The notes under the pieces were generated by a model. That model worked only from the letters and a program-made list of their open reading frames with translations, was not told the DNA's origin and did not search any database. Positions 30,915-39,547 of a DNA stretch of 64,000 bases are shown in pieces (position 1 is the stretch's first letter; the number at the start of each line of letters is the position of its first letter). Location of the stretch: NCBI GenBank assembly GCA_037447335.1, contig JBBIGV010000011.1, positions 8,191 to 72,190 of the forward strand, given 5' to 3'. This DNA comes from Ignavibacteria bacterium. GTDB taxonomy: Bacteria > Bacteroidota > Ignavibacteria > Ignavibacteriales > Ignavibacteriaceae. A program made the position numbers and the translations under genes.

Positions 30915-32693
30915 ATGTTGTTTCAGAAAAGAACACATACATGCGGTGAATTACGCGAAAAAAATATTGGTGAGAGAGTTATACTCAACGGCTGGGTTGA
31001 TACGCGGCGCGATCTGGGCGGTTTAATATTTATCGAATTGCGGGATCGTTACGGAATAACACAAGTGGTTTTTGAGCCAACTTACAATGAACCGGCACAT
31101 TATAAAGCAAAAAATCTACGCAGCGAGTTTGTAATTTCTGTTGAAGGTGTTGTGCGAAAAAGACCTGAAGGAACAGAGAACACAACTCTTGAAACAGGTT
31201 TGGTAGATGTAATGGTTGATAAGCTCGTTATCCTTAATGAAGCCAAAACACCGCCATTCCCGATAAAAGATGAAATAGATACACACGAAGACAGCAGATT
31301 GAAATACAGATACCTCGATCTAAGAAGACCTCTGGTTCAGAAAAATTTATTGCTGCGGCATCGGATGTATCAGCTTACAAGAAAATATTTTGATGAAAAT
31401 AATTTTGTTGAAATTGAAACCCCCGTCCTAATGAAAAGCACACCGGAAGGTGCGCGCGATTTTCTTGTGCCAAGCCGTTTGCACAAAGGTAAGTTTTATG
31501 CACTGCCGCAATCTCCGCAAACATATAAACAGCTTCTGATGGTGTCAGGGTTTGACCGCTACTTCCAGATAGTTAAGTGTTTCAGAGATGAAGACCTTCG
31601 CGCCGACCGCCAGCCGGAGTTTACACAAATTGACGTGGAAATGTCGTTCGTTGATCAGGAAGATATTTTTGAAATGGTTGAAGGTTTGATGAAGGTTCTT
31701 TTCAGAGAAATCCGGAACAGAGAACTTCATACACCTATTACCAGGTTATCATTTACCGAAGCGATGGAAAAATACGGGAGCGATAAACCTGATCTGCGTT
31801 TCGGACTTCAGATGGTTACCCTTAACTCTGTTTTTCAGAATACTACATTCAAAGTTTTTGAAGATCAGATTAAAAATGATGGAATCATAACCGGTCTTCT
31901 TGCACCCGGCTGCGGTGACTATACACGCAACCAACTGGATGTACTAACAGATTTCGTTAAAAAGCTCGGCGCCGGCGGTTTAATCTGGATGCGGGTAAAG
32001 GATAATGGTTCGGGGTCAGAGCTTGAAGCGCCTATTGCAAAATTTCTTTCACTGGAAGAAAAGAACGGAATCATAAACAGTCTTGATGCTAAAGCAGGTG
32101 ATTTAATTTTTATTTTATCCGGTCCGTGGTTAAAGGCTCTTTCAATTATGGGCGCACTCAGGCTTGAGATGGCTAAAAGACTTAACCTTATAAAAGAAGA
32201 TGCTGAACCCCACTTACTTTGGGTAACAGATTTCCCGCTTCTGGAATGGGATGAACACACAAAAAGATATTATGCAATGCATCATCCGTTCACATCTCCC
32301 CGGTGGGAAGATATTCCGTTGATGGATACAGACCCGGGAAAAGTAAAAGCCCGTGCATATGACCTCGTTCTTAACGGTAATGAAATTGCAGGCGGCAGCA
32401 TTCGTATTCACAATTCCGAACTGCAGGCAAAAATGTTTAAGCTGCTGGGCATTAGTGAAGAGGAAGCAGAGTACAAATTCGGATTTTTAATGAATGCATT
32501 TAAATACGGCGCACCGCCGCACGGCGGGATTGCTTTCGGTTTCGACAGAATGGCGATGATCTTTGCAGGCGAAAATTCTATTAGGGAAGTTATTGCGTTC
32601 CCCAAAACAGCAAGCGCCATATCACTTATGGATGAATCTCCCTCTACAGTTGCAGAAGAACAATTAACAGAGCTTCATATTAAAATCAGATAG
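30915..32693 (+). CDS. aspS: aspartate--tRNA ligase
   Basis: 592 aa with the class II motifs FRDEDLRADRQPEFTQID and GGIAFGFDR. It ends with TAG. Confidence 0.95.
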   Translation: MLFQKRTHTCGELREKNIGERVILNGWVDTRRDLGGLIFIELRDRYGITQVVFEPTYNEPAHYKAKNLRSEFVISVEGVVRKRPEGTENTTLETGLVDVMVDKLVILNEAKTPPFPIKDEIDTHEDSRLKYRYLDLRRPLVQKNLLLRHRMYQLTRKYFDENNFVEIETPVLMKSTPEGARDFLVPSRLHKGKFYALPQSPQTYKQLLMVSGFDRYFQIVKCFRDEDLRADRQPEFTQIDVEMSFVDQEDIFEMVEGLMKVLFREIRNRELHTPITRLSFTEAMEKYGSDKPDLRFGLQMVTLNSVFQNTTFKVFEDQIKNDGIITGLLAPGCGDYTRNQLDVLTDFVKKLGAGGLIWMRVKDNGSGSELEAPIAKFLSLEEKNGIINSLDAKAGDLIFILSGPWLKALSIMGALRLEMAKRLNLIKEDAEPHLLWVTDFPLLEWDEHTKRYYAMHHPFTSPRWEDIPLMDTDPGKVKARAYDLVLNGNEIAGGSIRIHNSELQAKMFKLLGISEEEAEYKFGFLMNAFKYGAPPHGGIAFGFDRMAMIFAGENSIREVIAFPKTASAISLMDESPSTVAEEQLTELHIKIR

Positions 32694-32746
32694 TCGCTGA
32701 AGCATATTCGGATAACGGGGAGGCAAAGAATTTTTTATATCGGCTG

Positions 32747-34366
32747 ATGAATAAAATTCCCAAACCATCACATATTCCTTTCCTGATTAACACGGCAATT
32801 TTTTTGCTGGCTGTTTATCTGTTACTTAACCAATCGCTGGCATCTAACGATGGAAAGCTGACTTACAACCTTGACGATGCTTACATCCATCTTGCAATCG
32901 CTAAGAATTCAGTTGAGCATTCGGTGTGGGGTGTAACCTCAGATGGATTTACATCTTCATCATCTTCTCTGTTGTGGACATCTGTGCTTATAGTTCTGTA
33001 CAAGGTTACCGGCGAACTGGAAAGCCTGCCGTTCATACTTAATGTTTTAATTTCTCTGCTGTTATTGTACGTTGTTTACAAAGAACTGCGCAAACATTTC
33101 AACAACGTCTTTTTATTAACGATTTTGCTGGCGGCGATACAAGCTGCGATACTTATTCCTTTTCATGTTTTCTCCGGGATGGAGCATATTCTTCACATGC
33201 TGCTGACACTTTTGTTTATAAGATTACTGCTCAATTTTATAAGCAATGAATCAACTAAATCAGAATTAGCTTATCTTCTTGTTATTACATTCTTACTCAC
33301 TTCTGTAAGATTTGAGTCTGTCTTTCTGATCTTTGCTTCAATTATTCCTCTGGCAAAGGAAAAAAGATATGCAGTATTATCTACTCTGATATTGTTCGCA
33401 TCGCTGCCTGTTATTATTTACGGATACTATTCACTTAATAACGGGTGGTATTTTCTGCCGAACTCCGTTTTGCTTAAGGGCAATCAACCTGAAGTATCAT
33501 TTTTATCTTTAATTGTTTTTGTACTTAAGCCGATCGGCGGATTGTTTAAGTACAGCATTCATTTACTGGCAATAATTGCATTACTGCTGTTGGTGTACCG
33601 GATGCAAAAATTATCAAAGGAACAAAAATATTTTTTATTTCTGTTCGGCGGTACACTTTTATTGCACCTGCTGTTTGCCAGAGTCTCGGGCACATTTAAT
33701 ATTGAGGGAGGAATAAGGTATGATTCATACCTGATTCTGACGGGGCTGTTGTTAGCAGTTATTCTTACATCAGGAAAGATAAAGGAGATATTTAGACTAA
33801 AAAATTTCCGCAGCAGCCCGGTAAGCCAAAACATTTTAAACATTGCACTCATATTCATCTTCGCTTTCCCGCTTCTTTACCGTGGAGTTGTAATAACCAA
33901 AAAAACTCCTGTTGCAACAACAAATATTTACCAGCAGCAGATACAAATGGGAAAATTTTTTTCAATATATTTCGACGGGCAAAATGTCGGTGTTAATGAT
34001 ATCGGGGCTGTATCATTAATAAAAGGAAGCAATGTGGTTGATCTATGGGGACTCTCCGATATAGAAGCAGCTATTGCAAGAGTTGAAAAAAGATATACAT
34101 CCGGATTTTTAGTTGATTTGATTCATAAAAAAGATGTTAAGGCGCTTGCAATTTATGACCTCTGGTTTGAAAAGTATCCCTTATTAAATAGTTCACTGGT
34201 TAAAGCAGGCGAATGGGAAATAAAGAACAACATAATCTGCGGCGACAGCATCGTGTCTTTTTATGCTCCTGATTCAATATCAGCATTAGAATTGTCCGAA
34301 AAACTAACTCAATATTCTGACCAGTTACCGGGATCAGTCATTGTCAGAAATTATTTTCAAAAATAA
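32747..34366 (+). CDS. large polytopic membrane protein, possibly a GT-C-fold glycosyltransferase
   Basis: 539 aa with about 12 TM helices, an acidic first-loop motif NLDDAYIH and a soluble C-terminal domain. The family assignment is tentative. Confidence 0.4.
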   Translation: MNKIPKPSHIPFLINTAIFLLAVYLLLNQSLASNDGKLTYNLDDAYIHLAIAKNSVEHSVWGVTSDGFTSSSSSLLWTSVLIVLYKVTGELESLPFILNVLISLLLLYVVYKELRKHFNNVFLLTILLAAIQAAILIPFHVFSGMEHILHMLLTLLFIRLLLNFISNESTKSELAYLLVITFLLTSVRFESVFLIFASIIPLAKEKRYAVLSTLILFASLPVIIYGYYSLNNGWYFLPNSVLLKGNQPEVSFLSLIVFVLKPIGGLFKYSIHLLAIIALLLLVYRMQKLSKEQKYFLFLFGGTLLLHLLFARVSGTFNIEGGIRYDSYLILTGLLLAVILTSGKIKEIFRLKNFRSSPVSQNILNIALIFIFAFPLLYRGVVITKKTPVATTNIYQQQIQMGKFFSIYFDGQNVGVNDIGAVSLIKGSNVVDLWGLSDIEAAIARVEKRYTSGFLVDLIHKKDVKALAIYDLWFEKYPLLNSSLVKAGEWEIKNNIICGDSIVSFYAPDSISALELSEKLTQYSDQLPGSVIVRNYFQK

Positions 34367-34398
34367 AAAAGGTGAGTTTTTAATACTCACCATATTTT
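34365..34398. terminator. bidirectional terminator between convergent genes
   Basis: GGTGAGT-TTTTAAT-ACTCACC hairpin (34371..34391), with an A-run before it and a T-rich tract after it. Confidence 0.6.
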
Positions 34399-34422
34399 AA
34401 TTAGTTAATGATTAAACAGTTA

Positions 34423-35577
34423 CTACTCGTAGTAAGAAATAATAACCGGTCTTTCCGAAGCTGGTCCAACACCCCCAACCTTCCAGAAAGGAGCAGTTAA
34501 AACTTCTGAAGCTGGTCTGTAATAAATCTCTGTTCTTCCTTTAAATTCAAATATGCCTTTTGCAGTCATACTTCCATAAAGTTTGGATTTGCTGCTAAAT
34601 GAAATTTTTCCATATGAAAAAAGCTGTGCTCTGATAGTAGTATTGTTTCCACATTCCACATTTCCTTTTGCATAAATACCAAGATTGCTGGAATTCGGGT
34701 CTTCTGAAAGAATTGAAATATTTGCCGTTACATTAACATTACCTTTAACAATGTAAACACCATAACCCATAAAAGTACCGCTTATATTAAGATTGCCGCA
34801 GACATAAATGATTTTTGGATTATCTTTTGTTCCAAGTAATGTTGTACCGCTTACATTGAGATTTCCTTTATGAACTTCTGCTGCAATATCAATGTAATCG
34901 TCCGGTTCAAATGCGGGGATTTCAATTTCGTCACTCTGATAATGATTCGGACTTCCATCCGGATTAACATTAGGCACTATTTGAGTATTTAATCTGTGCC
35001 CCGGATTAGAGCTTGCAACGCCCTTATATGTAAGAAATCCTCTTATAAGGTTATTGCCATTCATTGTAAAATTTTTATTGGTATGAACATTTGAATTCCA
35101 GTTTGAGTTGTTATCGTCCCTGATATTCACATTCTGAATTGATATGTTTTCATCGGAAGCCATTGCATACTTCATAAACGGCGGTAAATTCCCCTTGGAT
35201 GCATTTGGTGATGGCAGCTCAACTACTGTTCTTATAATGTGTTCCTGGCTGCCGGATTTACCAACGGCAGTTATCAAGCGTCCGTGCTTCAATCCTTCAT
35301 CAGGACCATTAAAGTATTTGCTGGTTGTTTTCTGAATGGTTATTTCAACATCACCTTGATGAAGCTGGACTGATTTTGTTCCGGTCCACGATGTATCCAT
35401 TGAAAGGTCTTTGATTGCAATCTCTATTCCTGCTGAGGCATTATTCTTTGCATGCACATTCTCATATTCTGAAACAGAATTAGAGAACATGGAAGTATTA
35501 CTCCTGTTCATATTCAAACTCATAACCGAGAATATTAAGCTTGCACCTAAAACAACTATCAGCAGCATTTTGCCCAT
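34423..35577 (-). CDS. pilin-like N-terminus + beta-helix-like repeat protein, paralogue A (PilX-like minor pilin or tip protein candidate)
   Basis: The start is taken at MGKMLLIVVLGASLIF. Repeated GN(V/L)N(V/I)xG units are present. The C-terminus is YYRPA..L..PFWK.GG...RPVI.SYYE. I judged it by eye to be a clear paralogue of 35813..36970. Confidence 0.6.
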   Translation of the reverse strand: MGKMLLIVVLGASLIFSVMSLNMNRSNTSMFSNSVSEYENVHAKNNASAGIEIAIKDLSMDTSWTGTKSVQLHQGDVEITIQKTTSKYFNGPDEGLKHGRLITAVGKSGSQEHIIRTVVELPSPNASKGNLPPFMKYAMASDENISIQNVNIRDDNNSNWNSNVHTNKNFTMNGNNLIRGFLTYKGVASSNPGHRLNTQIVPNVNPDGSPNHYQSDEIEIPAFEPDDYIDIAAEVHKGNLNVSGTTLLGTKDNPKIIYVCGNLNISGTFMGYGVYIVKGNVNVTANISILSEDPNSSNLGIYAKGNVECGNNTTIRAQLFSYGKISFSSKSKLYGSMTAKGIFEFKGRTEIYYRPASEVLTAPFWKVGGVGPASERPVIISYYE

Positions 35578-35617
35578 TTTACAAACCAATAATTAAGTTA
35601 AACATAACTCAATTATG

Positions 35618-35632
35618 CAACTACCGTGCAAA
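35618..35632 (-). promoter_or_regulatory. shared 15-nt promoter/operator motif TTTGCACGGTAGTTG upstream of paralogue A
   Basis: On the minus strand it lies 40 nt upstream of the ATG at 35577. It is 14/15 identical to 38111..38125. It resembles the sigma54 consensus TGGCACG-N4-TTGC except that -24 GG is TG. Confidence 0.4.
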
Positions 35633-35751
35633 AGAAAAAGGCTAAAAACGGAGCAAAATCAAGCCTTTTTGCCCCAATTGATGTATCGAAATGATAAGGA
35701 GGATAATAATGAATCAGGAGAATAATTTGATATTTTGAAGTGAATAATACA

Positions 35752-35788
35752 GCGTAAAAATAAAAAAGGTGAGCACCGGGCTCACCTT
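35752..35788 (-). terminator. rho-independent terminator of the upstream minor-pilin-like operon
   Basis: 9-bp stem AAGGTGAGC / GCTCACCTT (35766..35788) with a minus-strand T-run. Confidence 0.7.
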
Positions 35789-35812
35789 CGTTAAAAATAA
35801 TCGGGTTGAAAT

Positions 35813-36970
35813 TTATTCGTAGTATGAAAGTATAACCGGTCGTGTGGCAATTGTCCCGCCACCGCCGGTTTTCCAGAAAGGAGATGACAATTCATCTGCT
35901 GCCGGTCTGTAATAAACTCCAACATTGCCATTAAAGTTAACTTTACCCTGTGCTGCCATGCTTCCGTGGACGCTGACATTACCATTAAGATTAATATCCT
36001 CAGAAGACAACAATTGGGCTTTTACGGTTACATTACCATTCATATTTATATTACCCTTTGAGTAAAGCCCAAGGTTACTGGATGTAGGGTCAATACCCAG
36101 AATATTAACATTACCGTTAATTGTTGTTGTTCCCTTAACAATAAATACTCCATAACCTTTAACATTACCATTAAGCGTCAGATTTCCACCTACATAAATA
36201 ATGCTCGGGTTATCTTTGGTGCCGAGTGTAAGATTACCGCTTACACTGTAATTACCCATATGTTTATGAGTTGCCAAACCGATATAATCCTCGGGGTTGA
36301 AATCAGGTATTTCAATCTCAGGCGATTTAAAGTGAACGGGATCCCCGTTAAGGTTTACATTAGGTTTAATATTGGTGTTTAATCTGTGCCCCGGAGTTGA
36401 GCTTGCTGTTCCTGTATATGATAAAAATCCCTTAATTGTTGGATTACCCGTCATTCTGAAATTTTTATTTGTATGAACATTGGCATTCCATAACGGGTTA
36501 AAGTCGTCTCTTACCTGCACATTGCCTGTCAGAGCAAAATCTTCTCCCGAAGCAATTGCATAAGTTAAAAACGGCGGCACTTTCCCAGGCGGTCCGGAAG
36601 AAGTTGGAAGCTGTATAACGGCTCTTATTATATGAGTCTGATCTCCAACCAAGCCGGTTGAGGTAACAAGTCTTGCGCCTATCAATCCTTCATTCGGTCC
36701 GTTGAAATACCTGCTTTGAGTGTTCTGAACAGTGATGGAAACGTTACCCTGATAAAGAGTCCGTTTGTTCACACCAGCCCACGCAGTATCGACAGAAAGA
36801 TTCTTTATTGCCAGCTCAATGCCCGCTGCAGCATTGTTTTTTGCGTGAACGCTTTCGTATTCCTGTACCGAATTTGTGACCATTTCGGTATTGCTGGTGT
36901 TCATATTCAGGCTTATCAGCGAGAATATTACGCCTGCGCTCACAACCACAATTAATAACATTTTGCCCAT
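35813..36970 (-). CDS. pilin-like N-terminus + beta-helix-like repeat protein, paralogue B
   Basis: MGKMLLIVVVSAGVIFSLISL followed by NGNV-type repeats (NLNGNVSVHG, NFNGNVGVYY). It has the same conserved C-terminus as paralogue A. Confidence 0.6.
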   Translation of the reverse strand: MGKMLLIVVVSAGVIFSLISLNMNTSNTEMVTNSVQEYESVHAKNNAAAGIELAIKNLSVDTAWAGVNKRTLYQGNVSITVQNTQSRYFNGPNEGLIGARLVTSTGLVGDQTHIIRAVIQLPTSSGPPGKVPPFLTYAIASGEDFALTGNVQVRDDFNPLWNANVHTNKNFRMTGNPTIKGFLSYTGTASSTPGHRLNTNIKPNVNLNGDPVHFKSPEIEIPDFNPEDYIGLATHKHMGNYSVSGNLTLGTKDNPSIIYVGGNLTLNGNVKGYGVFIVKGTTTINGNVNILGIDPTSSNLGLYSKGNINMNGNVTVKAQLLSSEDINLNGNVSVHGSMAAQGKVNFNGNVGVYYRPAADELSSPFWKTGGGGTIATRPVILSYYE

Positions 36971-37042
36971 TTTATTTAACCTTTATGTTAGTTTTTATTA
37001 AATCCATTTCGTTTCTCATCTTAGACTGAATCAGGAAGCTAA

Positions 37043-37570
37043 TTATAAGTTCCTCGGGAAAAATCTTCTCTTCCATGAGCCGGATACTTCGCCCTTTGAA
37101 TCTTTGAAGGAATCTTCTTTAAAAATTAATTCAATAGATATACTTTTGACTTTACTTGCTGCCTGGGTAACAATGCCTTTATCATCGTAACCTTCAACAA
37201 TAAATTTCTGAACCGGTGTAGTCCATTCGGTGACCGGGCTGCTGGTTCTTCTTTTTAACTCTACGATGCCCTGCCCTTTTGCAACTGAATAATAAACTGT
37301 GTCAACAACACCGTTATTATCCAGGTCGGCGAGAAAGGTTATAGAGGTTCCGGAAATATTTAATATTTTATCGCTGGCAGAAACCCTGTAGCCAAGTTTC
37401 TGAAAATCATGTTCGATTATTGCTCCAATCTCAGTTGCTGATCTTTGGGCAATTTCACTAAGCTTGGTTTCCTGGGATTTGGCGGAGAAATGAAAGGTTA
37501 ACCCTATTAAGGATAATAGTACCATTCCGCCAATTATATAAGATCCGGCTATATCTAATATGTGATGCAT
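37043..37570 (-). CDS. minor pilin-like protein (N-terminal hydrophobic helix, no canonical leader)
   Basis: MHHILDIAGSYIIGGMVLLSLIGLTF followed by a soluble beta-rich domain, in operon context. Confidence 0.45.
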   Translation of the reverse strand: MHHILDIAGSYIIGGMVLLSLIGLTFHFSAKSQETKLSEIAQRSATEIGAIIEHDFQKLGYRVSASDKILNISGTSITFLADLDNNGVVDTVYYSVAKGQGIVELKRRTSSPVTEWTTPVQKFIVEGYDDKGIVTQAASKVKSISIELIFKEDSFKDSKGEVSGSWKRRFFPRNL

Positions 37571-37576
37571 AATTAT

Positions 37577-38062
37577 TTAATAACTTTTGTATGAATAAAT
37601 TCTTACTGTGTCTGTCATAAACGGATGTGTTACTGTAACCTGGATTCTTTTAAGTCTTGAACGAACCAATAATGTGTCTATTCCATTATGTTCATTCACG
37701 TAATGAACCCTTGCTAAAAGATCAAAATTCCCACCGCGTAAGGTAGAATCTATCCTTGGGTGGAAATTGTAATCGTCAACATCATTAAACGTTGCAAATG
37801 TTTCACCAGGTTCGGGGCCCATAAGGTTTGGTGGTGTCAGTATATTAATATCAGATAGGATCGGGTTGCCAACCACAAAATGATCAAAGGCTTTTTCGGT
37901 GATTTCATTGATCAGGTTCTGCCCGACCGATGTTGCCATAACAATATATTCGGCGGAGAGCTTCTGCTCTTCGGAGCTTATAATTGTGCGGTTGACGTTT
38001 AACGCCAGAAGGGAAAAGAGAAAGATGCCGCCTATTACTAAGTATGTTTGTACGTTACTCAT
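37577..38062 (-). CDS. minor pilin-like protein (N-terminal hydrophobic helix, no canonical leader)
   Basis: The start is taken at MSNVQTYLVIGGIFLFSLLALNV. The longer TTG-initiated ORF reaching 38113 overlaps the promoter motif. Confidence 0.45.
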   Translation of the reverse strand: MSNVQTYLVIGGIFLFSLLALNVNRTIISSEEQKLSAEYIVMATSVGQNLINEITEKAFDHFVVGNPILSDINILTPPNLMGPEPGETFATFNDVDDYNFHPRIDSTLRGGNFDLLARVHYVNEHNGIDTLLVRSRLKRIQVTVTHPFMTDTVRIYSYKSY

Positions 38063-38110
38063 CTGAGGGCTTAAGATTGAGTTTATGATTATTATTTGAT
38101 AATACAAACA

Positions 38111-38125
38111 CAACTATCGTGCAAA
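38111..38125 (-). promoter_or_regulatory. shared 15-nt promoter/operator motif TTTGCACGATAGTTG upstream of the minor-pilin-like operon
   Basis: On the minus strand it lies 48 nt upstream of the ATG at 38062. It is 14/15 identical to 35618..35632. Confidence 0.4.
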
Positions 38126-38235
38126 TCTTTTTTATGCTTTTTCGAATGATTTCAAGCAGTACCTGTATTTAATGTGTATCAGCATGAAAAAAAGTTGCAT
38201 CTCAATCTCAGATTTACTCATAAAAAATTCCATCT

Positions 38236-38247
38236 ATTACCGGTAAT
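38236..38247. promoter_or_regulatory. perfect 12-bp palindrome ATTACCGGTAAT in the divergent pilin control region
   Basis: It is self-complementary. Related sites are TAACCGGTAAT at 38301..38311 and AATTACCGGT at 39724..39733. Confidence 0.3.
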
Positions 38248-38567
38248 AAATTGACTTATTATTAATTCGATTTAAATCTATTAGGATATTATATAATTAT
38301 TAACCGGTAATATTTACATTTTTAGATCCTGTAAAATCCATTTTTCTTAGAATTTTAGCTTCATCACTTTTATAAATTGTGCATTCGATAATTAACAATG
38401 TGTCCACAGAAATTAATACTGGAATTTAATGAGTGAGTTGTTTGATTGCCTTCTTAAAAACGGGTAAAAATTTATATTATTAGTAATAATTACACGTAAT
38501 AACTTCCATAGTTACCGATGCAAGTCCAACCCATCAAATAACTTATTGTAAAGAAATAAGTTACAGA

Positions 38568-38584
38568 TTGGCACAGAATTTAAT
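38568..38584 (+). promoter_or_regulatory. weak sigma54-like promoter candidate upstream of the first pilin gene
   Basis: In TTGGCAC-AGAAT-TTAAT the -24 element is perfect and the -12 element lacks GC. It lies about 47 nt upstream of the TTG at 38631. Confidence 0.25.
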
Positions 38585-38630
38585 GAGTTATATGCGAGTT
38601 CGAGTAATTACAAAATGAAAGAAAAGGAAA

Positions 38631-39011
38631 TTGGGACAGCAACAGTTATTACTAATAGTCCTTGGAATAATAGTCGTAGGAGTAGCCGTTGCATTTGCAA
38701 TTGCAATGTTCCGGCAGGGAGCTATTGACTCCAAGAGAGACCTGGTAATGAATGAAAATGCTAACCTTGCAAACATGGCAATTCAATATTATAGAAAGCC
38801 TCAGATGCTTGGAGGAGGAGGAAATACTTTTTTGGGCTGGGCTATTCCCTCAGAACTTATAATAACAGCCAGCGGAAATTACTGGGCAGAAGTTTACCAG
38901 GATAGCGTCGTTATAATAGGTACAGGCAATGACGTTGTTAATGGCACAGATTCTGTAAGAGTAAGAACAACAGTTACAGCAAATACACATTTTTCTTTAA
39001 TAGTTCATTAA
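38631..39011 (+). CDS. major pilin candidate P1 (leaderless, non-canonical)
   Basis: TTG start preceded by AAGGAAA. N-terminus MGQQQLLLIVLGIIVVGVAVAFAIAMF followed by an amphipathic helix. It shares a YY(R/K)KP..GGGGNTF.GW.IP motif with P2. Confidence 0.6.
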   Translation: MGQQQLLLIVLGIIVVGVAVAFAIAMFRQGAIDSKRDLVMNENANLANMAIQYYRKPQMLGGGGNTFLGWAIPSELIITASGNYWAEVYQDSVVIIGTGNDVVNGTDSVRVRTTVTANTHFSLIVH

Positions 39012-39070
39012 ACGTTCTTTTAACTTATTAACCTAACTAACATTATCAACAATCGTAAGGAGATCTAATA

Positions 39071-39436
39071 ATGGGTCAACAACAACTTCTCTTAATCGTG
39101 CTTGGCGTTATCATAGTAGGTATCGCTGTTGTAGTCGGTATCAACCTGTTCAATGCGAGCGCGGAAGAATCAGCAAAAGATTCGATTGTATCTGAGGCAA
39201 CAAACCTTGGCGCAATGGCTCAGCAATATTACAAGAAGCCAACCTCCATGGGCGGCGGTGGAAATACTTTCACAGGATGGACAATCCCGACTAATCTTGA
39301 CTCCACTGCTAATGGACAATATGCACCAACTGTTGCTCCTCAAGAGGTTACTATAGTAGGTACACCACATAATTATACCTGGACAGTAACTACAACCGTT
39401 ACACCAAACACAATATCATCTCAGGGTAGCTGGTAA
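39071..39436 (+). CDS. major pilin candidate P2 (leaderless, non-canonical)
   Basis: ATG with an AAGGAG Shine-Dalgarno sequence. An in-frame TAA 15 nt upstream excludes a longer leader. N-terminus MGQQQLLLIVLGVIIVGIAVVVGINLF, with a Thr-rich C-terminus. Confidence 0.65.
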   Translation: MGQQQLLLIVLGVIIVGIAVVVGINLFNASAEESAKDSIVSEATNLGAMAQQYYKKPTSMGGGGNTFTGWTIPTNLDSTANGQYAPTVAPQEVTIVGTPHNYTWTVTTTVTPNTISSQGSW

Positions 39437-39466
39437 TAAAATATTATCACTTCTTATATGATTACT

Positions 39467-39498
39467 AAGGCTGCTAAAAAGGCAGCCTTTCTTTTTTT
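39467..39498 (+). terminator. strong rho-independent terminator after the pilin genes
   Basis: AAGGCTGC-TAAAAAG-GCAGCCTT followed by TCTTTTTTT. Confidence 0.8.
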
Positions 39499-39547
39499 AA
39501 ATCTGTACCGCGTTGATATGAGTTATTATAAATTTCAATCCCTTGTA

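Noticed and set aside
38615-38716. ATG-initiated 33-aa alternative-frame ORF (MKEKEIGTATVITNSPW...) that could have supplied a classical basic leader to pilin P1 via a frameshift.
   Set aside because: - P2 has the same MGQQQ N-terminus, with an in-frame stop just upstream and its own Shine-Dalgarno sequence.
- The leaderless start is therefore a shared feature, not a sequencing shift in P1.
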